A stretch of DNA of 35,768 nt, counting the filler, from Candidatus Woesearchaeota archaeon (GTDB lineage: Archaea; Nanobdellota; Nanobdellia; Woesearchaeales; WAPY01): the NCBI GenBank assembly GCA_049700835.1. It is 3 parts of 3 records of this genome, joined end to end, with 100 filler letters (N's around TTAATTAATTAA, not from the genome) between each part and the next. Parts side by side here need not be neighbours in the genome. Positions count along the whole stretch, not along the records: positions 12,121 to 35,768 come from JBNAUL010000004.1; 2 more parts are not named here. One strand, written 5' to 3'. Numbering within the stretch: position 1 is the stretch's first letter; each line of letters begins with the position of its first letter. The translations under genes and the position numbers were made by a program. The notes under the pieces were generated by a model. It searched no databases. It saw only the letters and a program-made list of their open reading frames with translations, and was not told the origin of the DNA. Below, in pieces: positions 19,701 through 27,219 of this stretch.

Positions 19701-20087
19701 GAGCAGTTTGAAGAAAAACCATCAATTAAAAAATCAGAAGAGGAAACCTCAAAACTTAAGAGCAAAGAAGAATCAAAAGAATCAAAAGCAGAAACATCTA
19801 AAAAAACAGAAGAAAAGACAAGTGAAGGGCTAAAAGAAAAAATAGAAAAAGAAGAAAAATTAGAAAAGAGGATAAATCCAGAATTAGGGATTTTGGAGTT
19901 TGAACTTCCTGAAAAAGAGCGCAAGAAACTGATGGACTTGGAAGGAAAAGATGTTTTTGAAAGATTAGAAAAACTTGGAAAGAGAGTTGAAGGAAAAAAT
20001 ATTGATGAGGAACTAAAGAAACTTACAAAAGGAAAAAAGGATGTTTACAAGGAATTATCAAAACTCGCAGAAAAGAAGAAGAAATAA
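16767..20087 (+). CDS. Large single-pass surface protein: Ig-like repeats, ETDVDCGG Cys repeats, thrombospondin type 3-like Ca-binding motifs, TM, charged cytoplasmic tail
   Basis: GAGAGGA precedes ATG 16767; signal peptide; ETDVDCGG twice; DEDCDGVEDDFDLCPQTP...VDEDGC; DTDGDGMPDWWEKKYGLDP...DLDKDGYTNLEEY; TM ILLLILLLILIGGLIGFLVY; about 200-aa K/E-rich tail. Confidence 0.87.
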   Translation: MIFSKDKKRCDMHKELGLFMFFFLIILILFVLTENSLAIDLAISQTSNPLPLIRVDFTEPVNVTNAVLLNMDAKKQIGIELQENINNQTLKYLPKENLIEGLYNFTIFYSDLKIEGLNDFKTYLFRVNFSIPRKPVNLTINTVDSLEAGETVDYLIEANYEDGSSLTITHNSELENYLSVTSNDTRILTVSKNPAKITGINPGLAEIMAYYLQANGSKAIEVKEPPFIKMLTPWNNGTHAYASSDKFDIIIYTFRDSECNWSTATNNKEYMQSFNEESNENIFNYHILRDFSFIGSSTNFYVYCIANDNSREELKTYLIRKETNVPKITLQVNNVYNPIYGTRLFINNINAYTDKPAVCKYAYDLEDMFDYNYQELNFDALPYYFKTYQDKLESEIDFSTYVTSHKITLQNLEDKNSYKVVVICKGLSNLTSEQATATFVVDSGAEPKMEILSPPRYISTTGTSKSISFNVWTNRFALCEYSNVSNFEPKEGMSSTDSLNHRLHKTFQVGTYTVYFLCTFYTTNDEISKDYTFTIDNSAPILYYVNDSTEYANPEQSGTNNSLRFKVIAEDNESGLVKINFSLWQKGSNESNKKILDWRLINYDNSWIRVENLNLENMTTYYFNVSVINDVGISSNFSVSDGVTINTSLLPPMNLCSNYVFNPEINETDVDCGGNICNKCTYGKNCTLDSDCLTGFCNKIKKKCGFANETNETCNNNKKDGDETDVDCGGSCDPCAKGESCKKNSDCKSGLECSSGKCSEKKECNREIDEDCDGVEDDFDLCPQTPAGEGVDEDGCSDSQKKSEEEKDTDGDGMPDWWEKKYGLDPNDPSDANEDLDKDGYTNLEEYNNKTDPTVKNKKTTEETTTREKKGFPILLLILLLILIGGLIGFLVYTQFVKPKGKTKVKKQEKTREIKLSEIKQPTSQSLSATQQKLPGIPKVEFKQEPMFKKPEQVAPLTPEQLAAIRRKARVEEKKRIFEQFEEKPSIKKSEEETSKLKSKEESKESKAETSKKTEEKTSEGLKEKIEKEEKLEKRINPELGILEFELPEKERKKLMDLEGKDVFERLEKLGKRVEGKNIDEELKKLTKGKKDVYKELSKLAEKKKK
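18763..18952 (+). repeat. 22-bp direct repeat encoding the ETDVDCG modules
   Basis: ATGAAACAGATGTTGATTGCGG at 18763-18784 and 18931-18952. Confidence 0.8.
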
Positions 20088-20305
20088 TAAAAGAATAATA
20101 AAAGAAGAAATCATGATTATCTTCTAACAAATCCACCTGATTTTAGAGATCATTAGAGATTATTAACATTTTATATTTAATAAAAATCAACAAAATCAAT
20201 AAAGAATAAATTTCAAAACGCTTTAAAAAAATTAAAAAATCAAAACATTGAAAAATAAAATCTAAAATATTTTTAAGAATGGATTAAACAAATATTTTTT
20301 TAAAA

Positions 20306-21370
20306 ATGCTGAAGAGATTTTTCAAGAGAGGAATCATTGAATCTCAAATGGCTTGGATTTTTATTTTAATCGCAGGAGCATTGATACTCATTGTTTTTTA
20401 TAGAATTGGTTCAACTCAAAAACAGATTTCTGAACTTAGAATTCAGGCAGAAATAAGTTCAAAGATAAGAAGTGCAATAACGAGTTTCTCAACTGGTTAT
20501 GAGACAAAATCAGAAATTGAAACAGTTAATTCATTAATAAAAAACTCCTGCGATGGAATTTCTGTTAAGAATTCAAGGCCAATAAAACTCAATGTTTTTT
20601 CTTTTGAAGAACTTAATCCAAAAACATCAAAGTTAATAGTTTATTCTGTTCCTTGGAGTTATCCATTTGATATTGACAACCTCATATTGCTGATTGAACC
20701 AGAAACAAAATTCATAATCATAGAAAATTCAAAATACAGCAGTGTAATAGAAAAGATAAAAGAGAGTTTTCCTGAAAAAACAAATATTGTTGAAGTTTCA
20801 AGTTTTCAAGATGCTTTGAATGAAGAAACCATAGGAAAGAAAAGGATAATATTGTTTGAACAAGAGCCCAATACAAATTCACAAGTTGATAAAGGAACAT
20901 ACATAATTGTTATAAACAGCATTTCTGGAAAGGATATAAACAATTTTGGAGAGATAAATTTTTACACTTCAGAATTAAGCAGTAATAAAAAATCTTACGA
21001 AATTGTTCAAGAAGGAACATCATACTATCTTGGTTTTCCAATGTTGTTGGCAGCAATAAATTCAAATAAAGAAATCTATGACTGCAACTTTAACGAGAAC
21101 CTTAAAAAGTTATATTACTTTTTATCTGTCTTAGAAGAAAGAACAAATCAAATTTACACTAAACTGCCTTCAGGTTCTGAATGCAAGATTCCGCTTAATA
21201 ATGCAAAAGGAATAATAACAAACTCTAAATCAAAGTTAAGTGAGATTATAAAAAATATTGACAAGAACTCATTGTCTAATTCAGACATTACTGATTTTTA
21301 TGATTTAATTGAAAATTTAAGAAGAGCAAATAGCGAACTTGTATTAAAGACCTGCCCTGAAATATATTAA
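20306..21370 (+). CDS. Prepilin-like (class III leader) protein, large minor-pilin type
   Basis: MLKRFFKRG/IIESQMAWIFILIAGALILIVFY followed by a soluble domain ending CPEIY. Confidence 0.72.
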   Translation: MLKRFFKRGIIESQMAWIFILIAGALILIVFYRIGSTQKQISELRIQAEISSKIRSAITSFSTGYETKSEIETVNSLIKNSCDGISVKNSRPIKLNVFSFEELNPKTSKLIVYSVPWSYPFDIDNLILLIEPETKFIIIENSKYSSVIEKIKESFPEKTNIVEVSSFQDALNEETIGKKRIILFEQEPNTNSQVDKGTYIIVINSISGKDINNFGEINFYTSELSSNKKSYEIVQEGTSYYLGFPMLLAAINSNKEIYDCNFNENLKKLYYFLSVLEERTNQIYTKLPSGSECKIPLNNAKGIITNSKSKLSEIIKNIDKNSLSNSDITDFYDLIENLRRANSELVLKTCPEIY

Positions 21371-21386
21371 AAATTAAAAATAAAAA

Positions 21387-21902
21387 ATGAAAAAAATGAA
21401 GAGAAAAATCTTTTTCAAGGAGTTAAGAAAAAAAGCTGATTTCAAAACAATGGAAACAATGCTTATAATATTTGTTTTCTTTGTTATGCTAATAATCGGC
21501 TTTATATCTTACACTCAATTTCAAAGGCAAGGAATAGAGGAACAAGCAAGGAGAAACCTTGAGTTAAGGGCCGTTGATCTTTCAGAATTGACAAAAAGGC
21601 CTGAATTTAGATGCAATGATTACTCTGCCCAAAATTGTCTTGATCTTTATAAAATAACAAGTTTTTCTAAAATCATAAGCAAAAGCGATGAAATGATGCT
21701 TCACTATTCAGATTTATTTGGTTATTCAAAAATAAATGTGAAAATAATTTATCCTGCTCAATCCCAATCAGAAAATTTGGTTTATGAAAAGAAACCAAAC
21801 AAGGTTAGTGCAATAAGAAAGTATTCCATACCAATAAATCTTTATGACGCTGCCAATCAAAGATATAATTTTGCACTGCTTGAAATAGAATACTACTCTT
21901 AA
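21387..21902 (+). CDS. Prepilin-like (class III leader) protein
   Basis: LRKKA/DFKTMETMLIIFVFFVMLIIGFISY; PEFRC......CLDLYK. Confidence 0.72.
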   Translation: MKKMKRKIFFKELRKKADFKTMETMLIIFVFFVMLIIGFISYTQFQRQGIEEQARRNLELRAVDLSELTKRPEFRCNDYSAQNCLDLYKITSFSKIISKSDEMMLHYSDLFGYSKINVKIIYPAQSQSENLVYEKKPNKVSAIRKYSIPINLYDAANQRYNFALLEIEYYS

Positions 21903-21923
21903 TAAATTTGTTATTCATTAAAA

Positions 21924-22424
21924 ATGGCAATGAGAAAAAAAGCTCAGGTTGAAATTATTGGAATAGCAATTGTTTTAGTAGTTATAATTATAGGAGCTTT
22001 GTTCTTGTTTGGGCTAAACACAAAATCCCAAAAATCGCAGCCAGTAAGCATTTCTGAGGAAATAAGAATCAAGAATCTTGGAAGCAATTTCTTAAATGCA
22101 ATGCTAAAAACAACAACTGATTGTGAAGGTTATTCTGTTCAGGACTTGTTCAAGGACTGCTTTACTGACAAGCTAATAAAATGCGGAAGCATGAGTTCCT
22201 GCGATAAAGTTAAAGATCTTTCTAAAAATTCTTTTTTTAAATTTTTTGATGATATTGAAGAGTATTACAATTTTAAAGTTTATTTCAATGGCGATGAACA
22301 AAAGGATTTAAGCTTAACATCTAAGAATAAGTTAAAGTGCAGGAAAACATACGATTTCACTGCTGTTTTCCAAACATTTAATTTGGATGAAATAAAACTA
22401 AAGCTAACGCTTTGCGCTGAATAA
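21924..22424 (+). CDS. Prepilin-like (class III leader) protein
   Basis: MRKKA/QVEIIGIAIVLVVIIIGALFLF; Cys-containing C-terminal domain. Confidence 0.82.
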   Translation: MAMRKKAQVEIIGIAIVLVVIIIGALFLFGLNTKSQKSQPVSISEEIRIKNLGSNFLNAMLKTTTDCEGYSVQDLFKDCFTDKLIKCGSMSSCDKVKDLSKNSFFKFFDDIEEYYNFKVYFNGDEQKDLSLTSKNKLKCRKTYDFTAVFQTFNLDEIKLKLTLCAE

Positions 22425-22582
22425 GCAAATTAAATCGCAAAGAAGTTTTAAAAACCACAAATTTTTTAAATACAGGAGTGTTAAATTGCTTTTGTTGAGA
22501 ATATTATAAAAAATAATATAAAAAAATAATAGCGAACAATAAAATAACTAATGAATAATTAACAAAAAAATAATAAAAAACA

Positions 22583-23003
22583 AATTAAAAAATAAGAGGT
22601 GTTTTTTTATGAGGAAGTTAAAGGTTGGTGCTGAGCTTTCTGTGAATGTGATTATTATTGCTGTTTTGGCATTATTAGTCTTAGTGGTTTTGTTTGCAGT
22701 ATTTACTGGGAGAATGAACATTTTTAATTTAGGTATTAAAAATTTGGAAACATGTCCTTCAAACACGCAAAAGGTTGAATCAAGAAATGATTGCGACGGA
22801 ACAATAGTTGGTTATATGGTCGAGAAAGATTCAACAACAAATAAGGTTAAAACCTATTATTGCTGTTCAAAGTAAAATTGAATTAAAAAATAAGAGGTGT
22901 TTTTTTATGAGGAAGTTAAAGGTTGGTGCTGAGCTTTCTGTGAATGTGATTATTATTGCTGTTTTGGCATTATTAGTCTTAGTGGTTTTGTTTGCAGTAT
23001 TTA
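22583..23003 (+). repeat. 123-bp perfect direct repeat (22583-22705 and 22881-23003) covering the RBS and N-terminal helix of two pilins
   Basis: AATTAAAAAATAAGAGGTGTTTTTTTATGAGGAAG...TTTGCAGTATTTA is identical in both copies at offset 298. Confidence 0.95.
22609..22875 (+). CDS. Small type IV pilin-like protein, copy 1
   Basis: GAGGTG RBS; MRKLKVG/AELSVNVIIIAVLALLVLVVLFAVF; 4-Cys head ending YYCCSK. Confidence 0.85.
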   Translation: MRKLKVGAELSVNVIIIAVLALLVLVVLFAVFTGRMNIFNLGIKNLETCPSNTQKVESRNDCDGTIVGYMVEKDSTTNKVKTYYCCSK

Positions 23004-23182
23004 GTGGAGAAATGAATAATTTTATATCAGGATTGGTAAAATTGAGAGAGTGTCCAAAAGATTCAAAAGTCGTTGATACCCAAGAAGAATGCATGGCTAT
23101 AGGAGGAAAAATCATTAAACAAACATATGTACAGGGAACTGGAAATAGTAAGGAAGTTAAGTATTGTTGTGCTTCAAAATAA
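22907..23182 (+). CDS. Small type IV pilin-like protein, copy 2 (true start 22907, not 22808)
   Basis: Same RBS and first 32 codons as copy 1; divergent 4-Cys head ending KYCCASK. Confidence 0.85.
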   Translation: MRKLKVGAELSVNVIIIAVLALLVLVVLFAVFSGEMNNFISGLVKLRECPKDSKVVDTQEECMAIGGKIIKQTYVQGTGNSKEVKYCCASK

Positions 23183-23213
23183 ATTTTTACAAAATTTTTC
23201 TTTTTATTTGTGT

Positions 23214-23357
23214 ATGAAAAACAAAAAGGGCTTTGAATTGTCTTTAAGATTGATCGTAATCTTGATTTTAGCCTTGTTCTTTATGATTTTATTCTTGAGC
23301 ATAATAACAGGAAAGATAACCTTCTTGTTTAATGTTTTAGAAAATTCTTTTCATTAG
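23214..23357 (+). CDS. Minimal 47-aa pilin-like peptide
   Basis: MKNKKG/FELSLRLIVILILALFFMILFLSIITGKITFLFNVLENSFH; the ELS motif is shared with the two upstream pilins. Confidence 0.7.
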   Translation: MKNKKGFELSLRLIVILILALFFMILFLSIITGKITFLFNVLENSFH

Positions 23358-23425
23358 TTTATTAGTTTTTGATTTTCAGTTTTTTGATTTTATCTATTCC
23401 TTAATTCTAAAAATTTTTAAATCAA

Positions 23426-23794
23426 ATGGTTTTCTTATTTTTTGTGGGAAGGAAAAAGGAAAAGGGAAAAGAACAAAAGGAATTAGTTCTTTCAAGGATA
23501 AGAAAATTGTTTGAAGAAGCTGAGAATATTTTTAAAGAAGATAAAAAACTTGCAAACAGGTATGTTTATCTTGCAAGAAAATTGTCAATGAAGTACAAAG
23601 TCAAGATTCCGAAAGAACTTAAGAGGAGATTTTGCAAGCATTGTTACTCTTATCTAAAGCCAGGAATTAATTGCAGGGTTAGGTTAAGAAATAAGATGGT
23701 TGTTTATTATTGTCTTGAGTGCAAGCATTATATGAGGTTTCCTTATATTAGGGAAATAAAACTGAAGAGAAAATTAAAAAATCAAGGGAATTAA
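23426..23794 (+). CDS. rnp4: Ribonuclease P protein component 4 (Rpp21/RPR2)
   Basis: RIRKLFEEA...ANRYVYLARKLSMKYKVKIP...KRRFCKHC...PGINCRVRL...YCLECKHYMRFPY zinc ribbon. Confidence 0.96.
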   Translation: MVFLFFVGRKKEKGKEQKELVLSRIRKLFEEAENIFKEDKKLANRYVYLARKLSMKYKVKIPKELKRRFCKHCYSYLKPGINCRVRLRNKMVVYYCLECKHYMRFPYIREIKLKRKLKNQGN

Positions 23795-23891
23795 TAAAAA
23801 ATTCTAAAAAATAAATTCAAAAACCCAATAGACATGCAATAGACATATTCTTACAAAAACTTTTAAAATACCTTTGAATTTTCTCTTGATC

Positions 23892-25115
23892 ATGAATCTG
23901 CCATGGACAGAAAAGCATAGGCCAAAAAGATTGAGTGAATTCCTTGGGGATGAAAAGGCAGCTAAGCTTTTAGAGGACTTTATAAGGAACTATGCGAAAT
24001 CAAAGAAAAAGTCAGTTCTTTTGTTCGGTCCTTCTGGATGCGGAAAAACAACGATTGCATATCTAATGGCTTCTCACTTCAACTATGAAATCTTTGAACT
24101 CAATGCTTCTGATTTCAGGGACAAAGAAAACCTTAACCTTAAGCTCAAAAACGCTTTGCAGCAGAATTCGCTGTTCTCAAAAGGAAAGATAATTCTAATA
24201 GAAGAACTTGAAGGAATTTCAGGAACAGAGGATAAGGGAGGAATTTCAGCTTTATCTTCCTTAATCAAGGAATCAACATACCCTGTAATAATAACTGCAA
24301 ATTTTTTGAGTTTCCCGCAAGAGGAGTACTGGAACTCAAAGTTCAATGCTGTAAAACAGCAGAGCTTGCTGGTAAAGATGAAAAGGATTTCGATAACAAA
24401 CGAAGTTAAAATTTTAAAAAACATTGCAAAAAAAGAATCTGTGGATGTTGATGAGGTTTTTCTTGAAGAACTTGCAATAAAGAGCGATGGAGATGTAAGG
24501 GCAGCGATAAACGATTTTCAAGTTTTGGCAACAGCAAAACTTTTGAAAAGAGAAGATTTGAAAAGCGTTGATTACAGGGACAGGAATTCCACAATAAAGG
24601 ATGCGCTGCTGAAAATACTTAAGCAGAATTCTTTTGAGAATGCGCTAAGGGCATTTGAAAACGCAGACATAGAGCTTGATGAGAAGTTCTTATGGATAGA
24701 CGAAAACCTTCCATTGGAATATGACTATAGAGAACTAGCGAATGCCTACGATGTTCTTTCAAGAGCAGATGTTTTCAGAGGAAGAATAATTAAAAGGCAG
24801 ACATGGCACTTCTTAGCTCCAATAGAAGCGCTGATTACAGCAGGAATATCCTCTTCAAAGGAGAAAATAAAAAACAATCTTGTTGAGTACAAGCAGCCCT
24901 CAAGAAAACTAAAAGCATGGATTTTAAATAATCAAAACTTAAGAAAGAATTCTATTGCATACAAAATTTCTAAAAAGACAGGTATATCCTTAAGGGAAGC
25001 CTACTCCGAGGTTGAGCTGATAAAAATAATGTTTAGGAACAAGAATTTCGCAAAAGAAATTTCTGATTTTTTAGAGTTGGAAACAGAAGAGATTGAATGG
25101 TTGATGAGAAAATAA
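23892..25115 (+). CDS. rfcL: Replication factor C large subunit
   Basis: PWTEKHRPK, Walker A GPSGCGKTT, ELNASDFR, D.GG, GDVRAAIND, WIDENLP, AYDVLSRADVFRGRI. Confidence 0.94.
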   Translation: MNLPWTEKHRPKRLSEFLGDEKAAKLLEDFIRNYAKSKKKSVLLFGPSGCGKTTIAYLMASHFNYEIFELNASDFRDKENLNLKLKNALQQNSLFSKGKIILIEELEGISGTEDKGGISALSSLIKESTYPVIITANFLSFPQEEYWNSKFNAVKQQSLLVKMKRISITNEVKILKNIAKKESVDVDEVFLEELAIKSDGDVRAAINDFQVLATAKLLKREDLKSVDYRDRNSTIKDALLKILKQNSFENALRAFENADIELDEKFLWIDENLPLEYDYRELANAYDVLSRADVFRGRIIKRQTWHFLAPIEALITAGISSSKEKIKNNLVEYKQPSRKLKAWILNNQNLRKNSIAYKISKKTGISLREAYSEVELIKIMFRNKNFAKEISDFLELETEEIEWLMRK

Positions 25116-25336
25116 TTATTAGTTTGCTCTTTATGTAAGATTTGAGTAATTTGAGTAGATTAAAAAATCTGCATGCAAATCTATTTGGCGTTATCATTGC
25201 AGTTCTAATCATTGCCTGTTTTTCATTAAACATAATTTTCTTTCTTATACATGTCTCTCTAACATTCGTTAGCTGCTAAACCAAATTAAATAAATTTTGA
25301 TAAGTTTTATAAATCTTAGAATACTCTACTCCTAAA

Positions 25337-26866
25337 ATGAAAAACCAGAAAAAAATAGGCATTGAAGACATTTATATTTTTTGCAAGAAAAAGGGCTTTG
25401 TATTTCCAAATTCAGAAATATACGGTGGGATATCTGGTTTCTATGATTATGGCCCGTTAGGAGTTGAGATTATTAACAGTATAAAATCAATTTGGTGGCA
25501 GGAGCATGTGCACAGGAGAGATGACATTGTAGGCATATACGGAACAATAATAACAAACCCAAGAGTATGGGTTGCATCAAATCATGTTCAAAAATTCTCT
25601 GACTTGTTAGTCAAATGTCCAAAATGCAAACAAGCTTTTAGAGCAGACCATTTAGTAGAAGAAAAAACAGGAATTAAAACAGAAAATTTGAGTTCAAAAG
25701 AAATTCAAAAAATAATTGAAGAAAAAAATATAAGATGTCCGAATTGTGGTTCAAAACTTTCATCCGTAGAAAACTTTAATTTAATGTTCAAAACATTTAT
25801 AGGAGTTTTAGAATCAGGGGAATCGATTGCATACCTAAGACCAGAGACAGCGCAAGTAATATTTTCTGATTTTAAGCTTGTTCAAGAAACCTCAAGGAAA
25901 AAACTTCCGTTTGGAATAGCACAAATCGGTAAGGCTTTTAGGAATGAAATAAGCCCAAGAAACTTTTTGTTCAGGTGCAGAGAATTTGAGCAGGCAGAGA
26001 TAGAGTATTTCATAAGGGAAAAAGACCTGAATAACTGCCCTTTTTATGAAGAATTTGAGAATTATAAAGTTTTAGTACTAAGCTCAGAAGCTCAAAAAAA
26101 TAATAAAAATCATGAAATGATGAGTCTAGGGAATTGTTTTAAAAAAGGGATAATTAATTCAAAATGGACTGCTTATTGGTTAGGGTTTGAACACAACTTC
26201 TTAGTGAATTTAGGAATAAGTCCTGAAAGATTAAGATTGAGGCAACACCTTCCAGAAGAAAGAGCTCATTACTCGTTGGACACATGGGACATTGAGTATG
26301 AATTTCCTTTTGGTTGGAAGGAAATAGAAGGAATTGCAAACAGGACAACATACGATTTGAACTGCCACATTAAAGAATCAGGAAAGGATTTAAGTTATTA
26401 CGATGAGGATTCAAAAGAAAAGATAATCCCCTATGTTGTTGCAGAACCAAGTTTGGGAATTGAAAGGCTCTTTTTGGCATTGCTCTTTGAAGCCTACAAC
26501 TATGATGCTGAAAGGGAAAACATTGTTCTAAACCTTAAACCAAAGATAGCCCCATACAAGGCAGCGGTTTTTCCCCTGCTGTCAAACAATAAAGAACTTG
26601 TTGTGCTTTCAGAGAAAGTATGCAAGGAACTGAGAGAAAGTTTTAATGTTTTTTATGACAAATCAGGTTCAATCGGAAGGAGATACGCAAGGCAGGATGA
26701 AATAGGAACCCCATACTGCATAACAGTAGATTTTGACAGCTTGAAAAATAAGGATGTTACAATAAGGGATAGAAGAACAACAAAACAAAAGAGAGTAAAA
26801 ATAGAAGAGTTGACTTCCTGTCTTAGAAAACTGATTGACGAAGAGATTGATTTTGAAGAAATATAA
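25337..26866 (+). CDS. glyS: Glycine--tRNA ligase (alpha2 type)
   Basis: EIYGG..GFYDYGPLG, FNLMF, YLRPETAQ, PFGIAQIGKAFRNEISPR, ERAHYS, EPSLGIER, GSIGRRYARQDEIGTP. Confidence 0.98.
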   Translation: MKNQKKIGIEDIYIFCKKKGFVFPNSEIYGGISGFYDYGPLGVEIINSIKSIWWQEHVHRRDDIVGIYGTIITNPRVWVASNHVQKFSDLLVKCPKCKQAFRADHLVEEKTGIKTENLSSKEIQKIIEEKNIRCPNCGSKLSSVENFNLMFKTFIGVLESGESIAYLRPETAQVIFSDFKLVQETSRKKLPFGIAQIGKAFRNEISPRNFLFRCREFEQAEIEYFIREKDLNNCPFYEEFENYKVLVLSSEAQKNNKNHEMMSLGNCFKKGIINSKWTAYWLGFEHNFLVNLGISPERLRLRQHLPEERAHYSLDTWDIEYEFPFGWKEIEGIANRTTYDLNCHIKESGKDLSYYDEDSKEKIIPYVVAEPSLGIERLFLALLFEAYNYDAERENIVLNLKPKIAPYKAAVFPLLSNNKELVVLSEKVCKELRESFNVFYDKSGSIGRRYARQDEIGTPYCITVDFDSLKNKDVTIRDRRTTKQKRVKIEELTSCLRKLIDEEIDFEEI

Positions 26867-26993
26867 AAATACGAATAATTGTATTTAAGCAAAATAAAAA
26901 AAACAAGAATAAAATTTATAAATAATGCAAAACTCCAAAAATATTCGGTTTAAAATATGTTTGGTTTTTAATAGTTTTTAAGAATTTTTAAAA

Positions 26994-27065
26994 GGGTCGG
27001 TAGCTCAGTGGGAGAGCACCACGCTGAAGCCGTGGGTGTCCAGGGTTCAAATCCCTGCCGACCCA
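26994..27065 (+). tRNA. trnF: tRNA-Phe (GAA), no intron, CCA not encoded
   Basis: Acceptor GGGTCGG/CCGACCC + A; D arm GCTC/GAGC; anticodon arm CCACG-CTGAAGC-CGTGG; T arm CAGGG-TTCAAAT-CCCTG. Confidence 0.96.
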
Positions 27066-27219
27066 TTCCAAACATTTTGCAGTTTTTTGCAGTTTTTACA
27101 AGGATTATGAAAATTATAAAATAATCATTCAATAATTGTTCAAGCACAGCGCTTTACATTCTTAAAAAAATCGTAAAAACAGAAATTTTTTAAATAGGCA
27201 AAATTAAACTTTATATGAA

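Noticed and set aside
22583..23182. Pilin pair as DGR template/variable repeats or a CRISPR array
   Set aside because: Differences are not adenine-restricted and include indels; no reverse transcriptase or cas genes in the window; only two copies, both coding
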